Below are positions 17,980-27,442 of a DNA stretch of 64,000 bases, piece after piece (the first letter of the stretch is position 1; every line of letters begins with the position of its first letter). This DNA is from an uncultured Clostridia bacterium (lineage in GTDB: Bacteria > Bacillota > Clostridia > Oscillospirales > Acutalibacteraceae). Below the pieces are notes generated by a model. That model saw nothing but the letters and a program-made list of their open reading frames with translations. It made no database searches and was not told the origin of the DNA. A program made the translations under genes and the position numbers. The DNA lies in NCBI GenBank assembly GCA_947623505.1, contig CANQGT010000006.1:27994-91993 (forward strand), in the 5' to 3' direction.

Positions 17980-18828
17980 TTACAGAATTTCGGAAAGCCT
18001 CGCAAATTCCTCAAGAGAGAAGCTTTCGGCACGCGCCTGCCCGCTTACGCCTATTTCCGAAAGCGCACTCGCAACGCTCTCCTTAGATATGCCGAGCCCG
18101 CCGGAAAGGCAGTTAAGCGCCGTCTTTCTCCGCTGTGAAAACGCCGCTTTTACAATGGCGAAAAACCGCTTTTCGTCGGCGATTTCAACGGGCGGCTTTT
18201 CTCGTGGCGAAAGCTTTATTACAGCGCTGTCTATTTTCGGCTGCGGATAAAACCGGCTTTTGTCCACTTCAAAAAGCATTTCTGCTTTCGCGTAGTAATT
18301 TACCGCAACCGTGACCGCTCCGCTTTCCCTTGTTCCCACCTCGGCGCAAAGGCGCTGCGCGGCTTCCTTTTGCACCATAACCACGATTTCCTCCGCCGGG
18401 AGCCTGCTTTCAAGCAGTTTCATAATAATCGGCGAGGTGATATAGTAGGGCAGATTCGCGCATATTTTTATGCGGGAAAATCCGCCGAAACTATCGCTTA
18501 TAAGAGAATTGAGGTCGAGCTTGAGAGCGTCTCCCTCCACGAGCTCAAAATTTGAAAATTCTTTCAGAGTTTCCTCAAGAACGGGAAAAAGCCTTTTGTC
18601 AAGCTCAACGGCCGCAACTTTTCCCGCTCTTTTGCAGAGCTCCGCGGTAAGCACGCCGATTCCGGGGCCGATCTCAAGAACGCCGACGGTTTTGTCGGCG
18701 TTAAGCGTATCGGCCATTTTCGGGCAAACGTCTTTATCAATGATAAAATTCTGCCCAAGGCTTTTTGAAAAGCCGAAGCCGTGTGATGAAAGTATTCTTT
18801 TTACCGTGTTGTAATCGTAAAGCTCCAT
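17980..18828 (-). CDS. rsmA: 16S rRNA adenine dimethyltransferase KsgA/RsmA
   Basis: KSLGQNF, EIGPGIG, ANLPYYIT, MVQKE, AFSQRRKT. Confidence 0.97.
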   Translation of the reverse strand: MELYDYNTVKRILSSHGFGFSKSLGQNFIIDKDVCPKMADTLNADKTVGVLEIGPGIGVLTAELCKRAGKVAAVELDKRLFPVLEETLKEFSNFELVEGDALKLDLNSLISDSFGGFSRIKICANLPYYITSPIIMKLLESRLPAEEIVVMVQKEAAQRLCAEVGTRESGAVTVAVNYYAKAEMLFEVDKSRFYPQPKIDSAVIKLSPREKPPVEIADEKRFFAIVKAAFSQRRKTALNCLSGGLGISKESVASALSEIGVSGQARAESFSLEEFARLSEIL

Positions 18829-18915
18829 AATTTTCCCGCAAAAGAAATAAAATCTTGCGCTTTTCGCACCGAGCGTTCATTTTAACACATTCATATTTAA
18901 TTTACAAGTTTCTTG

Positions 18916-18974
18916 TTGACTTTTTTTTAACATATGATAAAATAAGCAGTAGCCAAACAATGTTAGCCGACTAA
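18916..18974 (+). promoter_or_regulatory. Promoter and probable MarR operator
   Basis: TTGACT-N16-TAAAAT with an extended TG; near-palindrome TTAGCCGACTAA at 18963-18974 and a degenerate copy GTAGCCAAACAA at 18949-18960. Confidence 0.55.
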
Positions 18975-19033
18975 ATTAACGGCTTGACCGATCTTACACA
19001 TAAAATTTCAATCGGGAAACGGAAGCGAAAAGC

Positions 19034-19498
19034 TTGAAAAAAGACGGTTGCTACGACCCGCCCGCAAAGGGAATGATAGGCCCCAGGGTAGGTCATCTTT
19101 CAAAAATGACGAAAAACGCATTCAACAAAGCGCTTGCCGAGCAAGGGCTTTTTTCGGGGCAGCAATATATTCTTTTTATTGTAAATCATCACGAGGGCAT
19201 CTCGATGTGCGAGCTTTCAAAGGAACTCGGCGTTGCGCCGGCAACCGTTTCCGTTTCGGTTAAACGAATGGAAAAATCCGGATTTATTATAAGAAAAACG
19301 GACGAGGAAGACGCGCGGCTCACGCGGCTTTATCCAACCGAAAAAGCGCGGCAGGCTCCCGAAAACATCAGAAAAAAGATGGCTTTGATAGATGAAACGT
19401 TAAAAAAGGGAATGACTCAGGAGGAGATAGAACTGCTTTCCGATCTCCTTGACAGAGCGGCAGAAAATATGAAAGCGGAGGATAATACATATGATTAA
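19034..19498 (+). CDS. MarR family transcriptional regulator
   Basis: LSKELGVAPATVSVSVKRMEKSGFIIRKTDEEDARLTRLYPT winged helix; TTG start. Confidence 0.92.
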   Translation: MKKDGCYDPPAKGMIGPRVGHLSKMTKNAFNKALAEQGLFSGQQYILFIVNHHEGISMCELSKELGVAPATVSVSVKRMEKSGFIIRKTDEEDARLTRLYPTEKARQAPENIRKKMALIDETLKKGMTQEEIELLSDLLDRAAENMKAEDNTYD

Positions 19499-21224
19499 AA
19501 AGCTTTCAAAGCATATGAAGGGCCTTTGGCTCCTTGCTTTGGCAAGCGCTTCGGGTATGATAACAGAGGCAATTTGCGAGCTTGCCATGCCCTCAATAGC
19601 AAATATGGTATATAACAGGGTGTCCGAAACGGGCGGCGAAGATATTACCGGCTATGTCGTAAAGGTCGGCGTCGGAATGTTTTTGCTCGCCATTGTGGGG
19701 CTTTGCGGCGGTATAGTCACAATGAAAACCTCTTCTGTCGTGGCGCAGACGTTCAGCTATAGGCTGAGGAAGGAACTCTACGCGAAGATCAGCGCCTTTT
19801 CTTTCAATAATATAGACAGGTTTTCAACCGCTTCGCTTACAACAAGAATAACAAATGACGTTACGGCGATACTGAACACCGTTATGATGTGCCTTCGTAT
19901 GCTGATAAGGGCTCCCGCCCTGCTTATAGTTTCCGCCGTGTTCGCCTTTTCCATAAACGCGCGGCTCTCGCTTATGCTTTTGGTTTTGCTTCCGATAATC
20001 GTTGTAATAGTCGTTCTTGTTTTGAAATTCGGTTTTCCGATGTTTCAGAAAATGCAGAAGAAGATAGACACCGTAAACAGAGTCGTTCAGGAAAACCTTA
20101 TAGGCATAAGAGTTGTAAAAGCCTTTGTGCGCGAGGACGAGGAGAAAAAGAAATTTCATAACGCCTCCGACGATCTTGCGCGTCAGGGCTCAAAGGCCGC
20201 CGGACTTATCGTTACGGTAATGCCCATTCTGATGCTATTGATGAACGCCGTAATAATGTACGTGTATTACAAGGGCGCTAACGATGCGGCAAAGGGGCTT
20301 ATGGACGTCGGCCAGATTTCCGTGCTCGCCCAGTATATTATGCAGATGCTTATGAACATTATGATGGTTTCGATGTTCCTTTTGCAGATAACAAGGGCAA
20401 AGGCGTGCGGCGACCGTATAGTTGAGGTGCTCGATACAAAAATAGATATAGAAAACTGCGAAAAGCCGTTTATCCCCGAAGCTCCCAAGGGCGAAGTCGA
20501 ATTTAAAAACGTCAGCTTCGGATACAATGAAAACAGCACGGTTCTTGACGATATAAGCTTCAAGGCAAAGCCCGGCAGCGTTGTCGGCATAATCGGCTCC
20601 ACCGGCTGCGGAAAATCCTCCTTGGTAAATCTCATACCCCGCCTTTACGACGTTTCAAAGGGCGAGGTTCTTGTGGACGGCGTGGACGTGCGCAAGTACG
20701 ATCTCGCGGCGCTCAGGGATTTTATCGGAGTTGTTCTTCAGAAAAACGTTTTGTTCACCGGCACTATAAAAAGCAATATACGCTGGGGAAAACAGGACGC
20801 GACGGACGAAGAGATAATTGAGGCCTGCAAAGCCGCTCAGGCGCACGATTTCATAATGGCTCAGCCGGACGGTTACGATACCTTGCTCGTTCAGGGCGGG
20901 CTCAATCTTTCGGGCGGCCAAAAGCAGAGATTGTGCATTGCGCGCGCTATGATAAAAAAGCCCAAAATACTCATTCTTGACGATTCAACTTCCGCCGTTG
21001 ATACGGCGACGGAGGCAAAGATAAGGGAGAGCTTTTATTCGAGCCTTTCCGGCACCACGGTGTTTATTATAGCTCAAAGAATTTCCTCCGTTAAGGACGC
21101 GGACGAGATCATAGTGCTGGACGACGGCAGGATCGACGCTATAGGTACAAACGATGAGCTTCTTGAAAGCAACGAGATATATAAGGAAATTTATAATACT
21201 CAGCAGAAAGGGGTGTTTGAATAA
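19491..21224 (+). CDS. Heterodimeric ABC exporter subunit with a degenerate ATP site
   Basis: TMD plus NBD; GSTGCGKSS, LSGGQ, Walker B LILDDS (no catalytic Glu) and IIAQR (no switch His). Confidence 0.92.
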   Translation: MIKKLSKHMKGLWLLALASASGMITEAICELAMPSIANMVYNRVSETGGEDITGYVVKVGVGMFLLAIVGLCGGIVTMKTSSVVAQTFSYRLRKELYAKISAFSFNNIDRFSTASLTTRITNDVTAILNTVMMCLRMLIRAPALLIVSAVFAFSINARLSLMLLVLLPIIVVIVVLVLKFGFPMFQKMQKKIDTVNRVVQENLIGIRVVKAFVREDEEKKKFHNASDDLARQGSKAAGLIVTVMPILMLLMNAVIMYVYYKGANDAAKGLMDVGQISVLAQYIMQMLMNIMMVSMFLLQITRAKACGDRIVEVLDTKIDIENCEKPFIPEAPKGEVEFKNVSFGYNENSTVLDDISFKAKPGSVVGIIGSTGCGKSSLVNLIPRLYDVSKGEVLVDGVDVRKYDLAALRDFIGVVLQKNVLFTGTIKSNIRWGKQDATDEEIIEACKAAQAHDFIMAQPDGYDTLLVQGGLNLSGGQKQRLCIARAMIKKPKILILDDSTSAVDTATEAKIRESFYSSLSGTTVFIIAQRISSVKDADEIIVLDDGRIDAIGTNDELLESNEIYKEIYNTQQKGVFE

Positions 21225-23080
21225 TGCCTCCTATGGGACCTGCGGGAAGAAGGGGAGAATTTAAAAAGCCCCGAAACGCCAAAAAGACGGTATCAAAAAT
21301 ATTGCATTATATCGGCAAAAACAAGGCGCTGCTGTTAGTCGTTTTGTTTATGCTTGTTTTAACAACGCTCTGCTCCACCGGAGCGTCATACTGGCTCAAG
21401 CCTATCTTAAATGACGTTGAGGCGTCGATAATTGCGGGGAATTTTGCCACGGTCGGCGTGAAAGAGCTTGCCAAAAATCTCGCGATAGTCGCGTCGTTTT
21501 ACGTGGGCGCGTCGCTCTTTTCATTCTTTCAGTCGAAAATTATGGTTTCGGTTTCGTTTAAAACCACCAACCTTATAAGAAAAGACCTTTTCGATCATCT
21601 TCAGACTCTGCCGCTAAGATTTTTTGACGCCAAAACGCACGGCGAGCTTATGAGCCGCTTTACAAACGACGTGGATAACATTCAGATGATGCTGGAGCAG
21701 ACGATCGTTCAGCTGTTTTCATCGGTGTTCACGTTTGTAAGCATAGTAACGATGATGATAGTGCTTGAATGGAAGCTGTTTATCGTTGCCGCCGTTTTCC
21801 TCGTTATTATGATAGCGAACTCGCTTAATATCGCCAGGCACACGCGCAAGTATTTTGCCGCGCAGCAAAAGGCGCTCGGCGAGATGAACGGAAATATCGA
21901 GGAAACGATAGAAGGTATGAAGGTAATTAAAGTGTTTAATCACGAGCCGCAGGCGGTAGATGAATTTGACGGGCTCAATTCAAAGTACCGCGAAGTCGCC
22001 ACTAAGGCGAACTTCTATTCCGGCCTTATGGGGCCGTGCGGCACCGGAATAAACAACGCTCTTTACGCCACGATAACGCTTATGGGCGGCCTTCTCGTTT
22101 TGTCGAGCTCCCTTGATATAGGCACTTTCTTTACGTTTCTCTCTTATACAAAGCAGTTCCGCCAGCCGATAGATCAGATAATGAATCAGATGAACACGAT
22201 TTTTTCGGCTCTTGCGGGCGCGGAACGTGTGTTTGAGATTATGGAGGCCGCCCCCGACAGCGACGAGGGCACCGTAACGCTTTCCGAGGAACGCGAAAAC
22301 GGCGTGAGAAAGTGGTATTGGATAGACGGAGAAAAAAGAATACCCGTTGAGGGCGGCGTGGTTTTTGAAAACGTCAATTTCAGTTACGTTCCCGAAAAGC
22401 AGGTGCTTAAAAACATAAACGTTTACGCGAAGCCCGGCCAAAAAATCGCATTTGTCGGCTCCACCGGCGCGGGCAAAACCACGATAACAAATTTGATAAA
22501 CCGTTTCTATGATATTCAGGACGGTGTTATAACTTATGACGGAATAGACATCAAGCGCATCAAAAAGGCGGATCTCAGAAAGAGCCTCGCGATAGTTCTG
22601 CAGGATACGCATATGTTTACCGGCACGGTAATGGAAAACATACGCTACGGCAGGCTTGACGCGACCGATGAGGAATGTATAGCCGCGGCGAAGCTCGCTT
22701 CCGCGCATTCATTCATAATGCGTCTTAAAGACGGCTACAATACTGTTATCACGGGCGACGGCGGAAATCTTTCGCAAGGTCAGCGCCAGCTTCTCGCGAT
22801 AGCAAGGGCGGCCGTGGCGGATCCCCCCGTAATGATACTTGACGAGGCGACTTCCTCGGTAGATACGAGAACGGAGCTTCACATAGAGCACGGAATGGAC
22901 AGACTGATGGAGGGAAGAACGGTTTTCGTTATAGCTCACAGGCTTTCCACCGTAAGAAATTCAAACGCCATTATGGTGCTTGAGCATGGAGAAATACTTG
23001 AACGCGGCGATCACGACGCTCTGTTGGCGCTCAAGGGAAGATATTATGAGCTTTGCACGGGAAAAGCGAAGCTTGCGTAA
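21224..23080 (+). CDS. Heterodimeric ABC exporter subunit with a consensus ATP site
   Basis: TMD plus NBD; GSTGAGKTT, LSQGQ, ILDEATS, IAHRLS. Confidence 0.92.
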   Translation: MPPMGPAGRRGEFKKPRNAKKTVSKILHYIGKNKALLLVVLFMLVLTTLCSTGASYWLKPILNDVEASIIAGNFATVGVKELAKNLAIVASFYVGASLFSFFQSKIMVSVSFKTTNLIRKDLFDHLQTLPLRFFDAKTHGELMSRFTNDVDNIQMMLEQTIVQLFSSVFTFVSIVTMMIVLEWKLFIVAAVFLVIMIANSLNIARHTRKYFAAQQKALGEMNGNIEETIEGMKVIKVFNHEPQAVDEFDGLNSKYREVATKANFYSGLMGPCGTGINNALYATITLMGGLLVLSSSLDIGTFFTFLSYTKQFRQPIDQIMNQMNTIFSALAGAERVFEIMEAAPDSDEGTVTLSEERENGVRKWYWIDGEKRIPVEGGVVFENVNFSYVPEKQVLKNINVYAKPGQKIAFVGSTGAGKTTITNLINRFYDIQDGVITYDGIDIKRIKKADLRKSLAIVLQDTHMFTGTVMENIRYGRLDATDEECIAAAKLASAHSFIMRLKDGYNTVITGDGGNLSQGQRQLLAIARAAVADPPVMILDEATSSVDTRTELHIEHGMDRLMEGRTVFVIAHRLSTVRNSNAIMVLEHGEILERGDHDALLALKGRYYELCTGKAKLA

Positions 23081-23105
23081 ATTTTAAAAAAGAAAGGGCG
23101 ATATT

Positions 23106-23894
23106 ATGCCGGATAATGTTGAAAGAGACGATAGCAAGAAAAAGAAAATAAAGAAAATATTGTGGATCGGTTTGCTGGTGTTTGTCTGCTTATGCGTTGC
23201 TCTCGGAATTTATTTGGTGAAAGAATCCGCGCTGGAAAGCGAATACGGCAATATGAGAGAAACGCTTCAGGGCACCGATAACGGGGAAAACAAAATAGAA
23301 AGCCCTGTTGATTTTGAGGCTTTGCAGAAGGACAACGACGAGATATACGCGTGGATAACGATAGACGACACAAACGTTAATTATCCGGTTGTGCAGAGCT
23401 CCACCGACGACGCTTTCTATTTAAAGCACAGCGCCGTTGACAAATCGTGGAAAGACAGCGGCGCGATCTATACCGAAAGCTGCAACGGCAAGGATTTCAA
23501 CGATCCGATAACGGTTATTTACGGCCATAACGGCTACAGCGATATAATGTTTACCACGCTGCACAAGTTTGAGGATAAGAAATTTTTCGACAAGCACGAA
23601 TATTTCAGCGTTTATGTGCCGGGCAAAAAGCTCACTTATCAGATAATATCGGCTTTTAAATATGACGACAGGCATATAATGAACACCTTTGATTTCACAA
23701 ACGCCGATCAGCTTGCCGCGTTTCAGGCAATGCTCCAAAATCCGCAGTCAAGTCAAAAGAACGTCAGAAACAGACTTGACGTCGATGTGAACGAAAACAG
23801 CAAGATTCTTCTTCTTTCCACCTGCATAACGGGCCAAAAATCAAACAGATATATTATCAGCTCAATTCTAGTGAAAACGGAGGAAACATATTAA
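23106..23894 (+). CDS. srtB: Class B sortase
   Basis: N-terminal TM; AWITIDDTNVNYPVVQ, IYGHN, LLSTC and downstream Arg (NRYI) give an intact His-Cys-Arg triad. Confidence 0.9.
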   Translation: MPDNVERDDSKKKKIKKILWIGLLVFVCLCVALGIYLVKESALESEYGNMRETLQGTDNGENKIESPVDFEALQKDNDEIYAWITIDDTNVNYPVVQSSTDDAFYLKHSAVDKSWKDSGAIYTESCNGKDFNDPITVIYGHNGYSDIMFTTLHKFEDKKFFDKHEYFSVYVPGKKLTYQIISAFKYDDRHIMNTFDFTNADQLAAFQAMLQNPQSSQKNVRNRLDVDVNENSKILLLSTCITGQKSNRYIISSILVKTEETY

Positions 23895-23900
23895 GTAAGC

Positions 23901-23937
23901 AAAAAGCCGAAGGCGGACTGTCCGTTTTCGGTTTTTT
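23901..23937 (+). terminator. Intrinsic terminator after srtB
   Basis: aaaaagccgaaggcgga / tccgttttcggtttttt. Confidence 0.75.
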
Positions 23938-24007
23938 CTTTTTTACTATTGAAGAAAACCTTTTTTAATGGTAGAATGAAAAAGACAACGATAAAGGAGT
24001 GTTCATT

Positions 24008-24853
24008 ATGAACAAAGAGCTTAAAAAGGAGCTTGAGATACTCGCGGCGCAGATACGTATCGGGGTAATCGAAAGCACCTATAACGCAAAGGCGGGGCAC
24101 CCCGGCGGCAGCCTTTCAATCGCCGACGTGCTCGCGTATTTTTACGGCAAGGAAATGAAATACGATCCGAAAGATCCCAAAAATACGGATAGGGACAGAC
24201 TCGTCCTCTCAAAGGGGCACGCCGCTCCGGCGCTTTACAGCGCGCTGGCGTATTCCGGCTTTTTCCCGGTGGAGGATCTTAAAACGTTGCGCCATATCGG
24301 CTCGTATCTTCAGGGGCACCCGAATATGAACACGGTTCCCGGCGTTGATATGAGCACCGGTTCTCTCGGCCAAGGGATAAGCGCGGCCTGCGGAATGGCA
24401 AAGGGCGCTAAATATTTGGGCAGAAACGATATAAGAGTTTATGCCGTTCTCGGCGACGGAGAGATAGAGGAAGGCCAGGTATGGGAGGCGTTTATGTTTG
24501 CCGCTCAGTACAAGCTCGATAATCTCTGCGTTATCATAGATTCAAACGGTCTTCAGATAGACGGCGCGTGCGATGAGGTTATGAGCGCCGAACCCATAGA
24601 CGAAAAGATGAAGGCGTTCGGTTTTAACTGCGAGGTTATAGACGGAAACAATCTTGACGAGATAGAGGCAGCTTTTGAGGAATTTCACAGGAGCGACAAG
24701 CCTTTCGCCATAATAATGGAAACCGTTAAAGGCAAAGGCGTTTCGTATATGGAAAATCAGGTGGGCTGGCACGGTAAAGCGCCGAACGCCGAAGAATATG
24801 AAACGGCGATGGCGGAATTAAATGCCGCGCTCGCTGAGTTAAAGGAGGCATAA
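24008..24853 (+). CDS. Transketolase, N-terminal TPP-binding subunit
   Basis: GHPGGSLS, DRLVLSKGHAAPALY, STGSLGQG, GDGEIEEGQVWE, WHGKAP. Confidence 0.95.
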   Translation: MNKELKKELEILAAQIRIGVIESTYNAKAGHPGGSLSIADVLAYFYGKEMKYDPKDPKNTDRDRLVLSKGHAAPALYSALAYSGFFPVEDLKTLRHIGSYLQGHPNMNTVPGVDMSTGSLGQGISAACGMAKGAKYLGRNDIRVYAVLGDGEIEEGQVWEAFMFAAQYKLDNLCVIIDSNGLQIDGACDEVMSAEPIDEKMKAFGFNCEVIDGNNLDEIEAAFEEFHRSDKPFAIIMETVKGKGVSYMENQVGWHGKAPNAEEYETAMAELNAALAELKEA

Positions 24854-24855
24854 GG

Positions 24856-25797
24856 ATGGCGGAGATAAAATATGTTGCCACGCGCGACAGCTACGGCACG
24901 GCTTTAAAGGAGCTTGCGCAGCAGGGAGCGGACAATCTTGTTGTACTTGACGCCGATCTTTCGGCTGCCACCAAGACGGGAATATTCAAAAAGGAGTTTC
25001 CCAAAAGGCATATAAACTGCGGAATAGCGGAATCGAATATGATGAGCATTGCCGCCGGTCTCAGCACGATGGGGCTTGTTCCGTTTGCTTCAAGCTTCGC
25101 GATGTTTGCCGCGGGGCGTGCTTTTGAGCAGGTCAGAAATTCAATAGGCTATCCCCATCTCAATGTTAAGATAGGCGCTACTCACGCGGGCATTTCGGTT
25201 GGCGAGGACGGCGCTTCGCATCAGTGCTGCGAGGATTTCGCCCTTATGCGCTCCATTCCGGGTATGACGGTCATCTGCCCCGCCGACGACGTGGAGGCAA
25301 AGCAGGCGGTTAAGGCGGCTTACAATTATGAGGGCCCCGTTTATCTGCGTTTCGGCAGGCTCGCCGTTCCCGTATTCCACGATGAAAGCTATAAGTTTGA
25401 AATCGGTAAGGGCGAGGTGATACGCGAGGGCAGCGACGTAACCGTTATCGCAAACGGGCTTATGGTCGCGGAGGCGATCGAGGCCGGCAAGGCGCTTGAG
25501 GCAAAAGGAATAAGCGCCGAGATAATAAATATTGCAACGATAAAGCCCCTTGATGAGGAGCTCGTAATCGCGTCGGCGAAAAAGACGGGCAGAGTGGTTA
25601 CCGTTGAGGAGCACAATATTATAGGCGGGCTCGGCGAGGCCGTTTGTTCCTGCCTAAGCGAGAAATGCCCAGTTCCCGTAAAAAGGATAGGCGTAAACGA
25701 CGTGTTCGGTCACAGCGGTCCGGCAAAGGATTTGTTGAAGCAGTTCGGTCTGTCCGCGGAAAATATAGAAAAAACGGTCATTGATTTTATCAAATAA
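24856..25797 (+). CDS. Transketolase, C-terminal subunit
   Basis: DADLS, NCGIAESNM, THAGISVGEDGASHQ, YLRFGR, TVEEH. Confidence 0.95.
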   Translation: MAEIKYVATRDSYGTALKELAQQGADNLVVLDADLSAATKTGIFKKEFPKRHINCGIAESNMMSIAAGLSTMGLVPFASSFAMFAAGRAFEQVRNSIGYPHLNVKIGATHAGISVGEDGASHQCCEDFALMRSIPGMTVICPADDVEAKQAVKAAYNYEGPVYLRFGRLAVPVFHDESYKFEIGKGEVIREGSDVTVIANGLMVAEAIEAGKALEAKGISAEIINIATIKPLDEELVIASAKKTGRVVTVEEHNIIGGLGEAVCSCLSEKCPVPVKRIGVNDVFGHSGPAKDLLKQFGLSAENIEKTVIDFIK

Positions 25798-25854
25798 AAA
25801 TCGGAGGGTACCGGCGGAAGGTATCCTCCTTTATTTGATATCGGTTCGCGTAAA

Positions 25855-26679
25855 ATGGATTATTCTTTGATAGCCGTTGATATGGACGGCACATTGCTTA
25901 ACGACAGCGCCCGAATAAGCGCTGAAAACCTCGGCGCGATAGAGTGCATAAGCAAATCGGGCGTTCAAGTTGTTCCCGTAACCGGCAGAACGTATTATGA
26001 AATACCGCAGGCGGCGCGGGATTGCCCGTATATAAGATATTTTGTTTACTCAAACGGCGCGGGAATATATGATAAAGAGCGCGGCACGGTTTATTCATCT
26101 ACCGTGCCCGTCGAAACGGCGGCTGAAATATTTTCGGTTCTTGATTCCTATGAAACGTTTATTGAGATATACAGCGGACTGCATCCGTGGGCGGATATAA
26201 CAAAGCTCAACGAGAGCAGTTTTGAGAAATACAAGATAGATCCGAGATTCAGAAAGGTTATCCTGTCCTGCAGGAGAGGCGTGGAGAATATCGGCGAAAG
26301 GCTGAAAAGCGGCGAGTTCAAGGCGGAGCTTTTCGACGTATTTTTCAGCAGTATGGGCGAGCGCGGCGAATGTTACGAAAGACTTCGCGCTGAGTTCCCC
26401 GAAATCGAGATAACCTCGTCTATGGGCAATAATCTTGAAATAATGAACGGTGGCACCCACAAGGGTTCGGGGTTGCTGGCGTTGTGCCGTATTCTTTCGG
26501 CGGAGCCTGAAAAAGTTATCGCCGTAGGAGACAGCGGCAACGATTTAAGACTTTTTGAAACGGCGGGCAGACGATGCGCCGTTTCAAACGCCTGCGCCGA
26601 GCTTAAAGAAAAGGCAACCGATATAATATGCTCAAACAATGAGAATATTATGGTTTATCTGGAGAAAAACATATTATGA
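25855..26679 (+). CDS. Cof-type HAD-IIB phosphatase
   Basis: DMDGTLL, TGR, AVGDSGND. Confidence 0.9.
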   Translation: MDYSLIAVDMDGTLLNDSARISAENLGAIECISKSGVQVVPVTGRTYYEIPQAARDCPYIRYFVYSNGAGIYDKERGTVYSSTVPVETAAEIFSVLDSYETFIEIYSGLHPWADITKLNESSFEKYKIDPRFRKVILSCRRGVENIGERLKSGEFKAELFDVFFSSMGERGECYERLRAEFPEIEITSSMGNNLEIMNGGTHKGSGLLALCRILSAEPEKVIAVGDSGNDLRLFETAGRRCAVSNACAELKEKATDIICSNNENIMVYLEKNIL

Positions 26680-27350
26680 TAACTACGGTTTTGATAGACG
26701 TTGACAATACGCTGCTGGATTTTGACAAATGCGCCGAGGAGGCGATGGAGCGCACTTTTGAAATGTGGGGAATGGAGTTCGGCGGCGAAGTTTTTCCCGT
26801 ATTCAGGCGGGTAAACGATATGCTTTGGCAAAAGATAGAAAAGGGCGAGCTTGATAAGCCCGGGCTCTACAAGGTGCGCTGGAAAACGATATTTGAAATT
26901 CTCGGCATAAACAGAAACGGCCCTGAATTTGAAAACGATTTCAGGCTTGTTTTTTCCGAATGCAAGCAAACCGTTGAGGGCGCTTACGGGCTTTTGGAAT
27001 ATCTTTCAAAAAAATATACTGTCTGCGCCGCGAGCAACGCCTCTGCCTGGCAGCAGAACAAACGGCTTAAAAACGCCGATATGATGAAATACATATCCCG
27101 CCTTTTCATTTCGGAGGAACTTGGCGCGCCGAAGCCCGAAAAAAAGTTTTTCGACGCCTGCCTTGAACGCCTTGGCAATATACCTAAGGAGCAGGTAGTT
27201 CTTATCGGCGATTCTCTTTCGGCGGATATAAACGGCGGAGCCGATTACGGCCTTAAAACAATATGGTTTAATTATGATAAGCTGCCGGTCGAGGGCGTGC
27301 GGGCGGATTGGGTAGTGTATTCGCTGAACGAAATAAAAAGCATACTTTAA
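26676..27350 (+). CDS. YjjG-like HAD nucleotidase
   Basis: DVDNTLLDF, ASN, ISEELGAPKP, IGDSLSADINGG. Confidence 0.88.
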   Translation: MITTVLIDVDNTLLDFDKCAEEAMERTFEMWGMEFGGEVFPVFRRVNDMLWQKIEKGELDKPGLYKVRWKTIFEILGINRNGPEFENDFRLVFSECKQTVEGAYGLLEYLSKKYTVCAASNASAWQQNKRLKNADMMKYISRLFISEELGAPKPEKKFFDACLERLGNIPKEQVVLIGDSLSADINGGADYGLKTIWFNYDKLPVEGVRADWVVYSLNEIKSIL

Positions 27351-27372
27351 ATTTTATTTGCTATAAACGCTA

Positions 27373-27417
27373 AAACAGGCGCGTCATTAAGGCAAAAGCC
27401 CAAATGACGCGCCGTTT
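27373..27417. terminator. Bidirectional terminator between the HAD gene and the GGGtGRT gene
   Basis: aaacaggcgcgtcatt ... aatgacgcgccgttt. Confidence 0.75.
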
Positions 27418-27442
27418 GTTATTTTGATTTATATAAATTTGC

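Noticed and set aside
24008-25797. Transketolase split into two ORFs as a possible frameshift
   Set aside because: Two-gene transketolases are common in Clostridia; the second ORF has its own start 2 nt after a clean stop, and both halves look intact.
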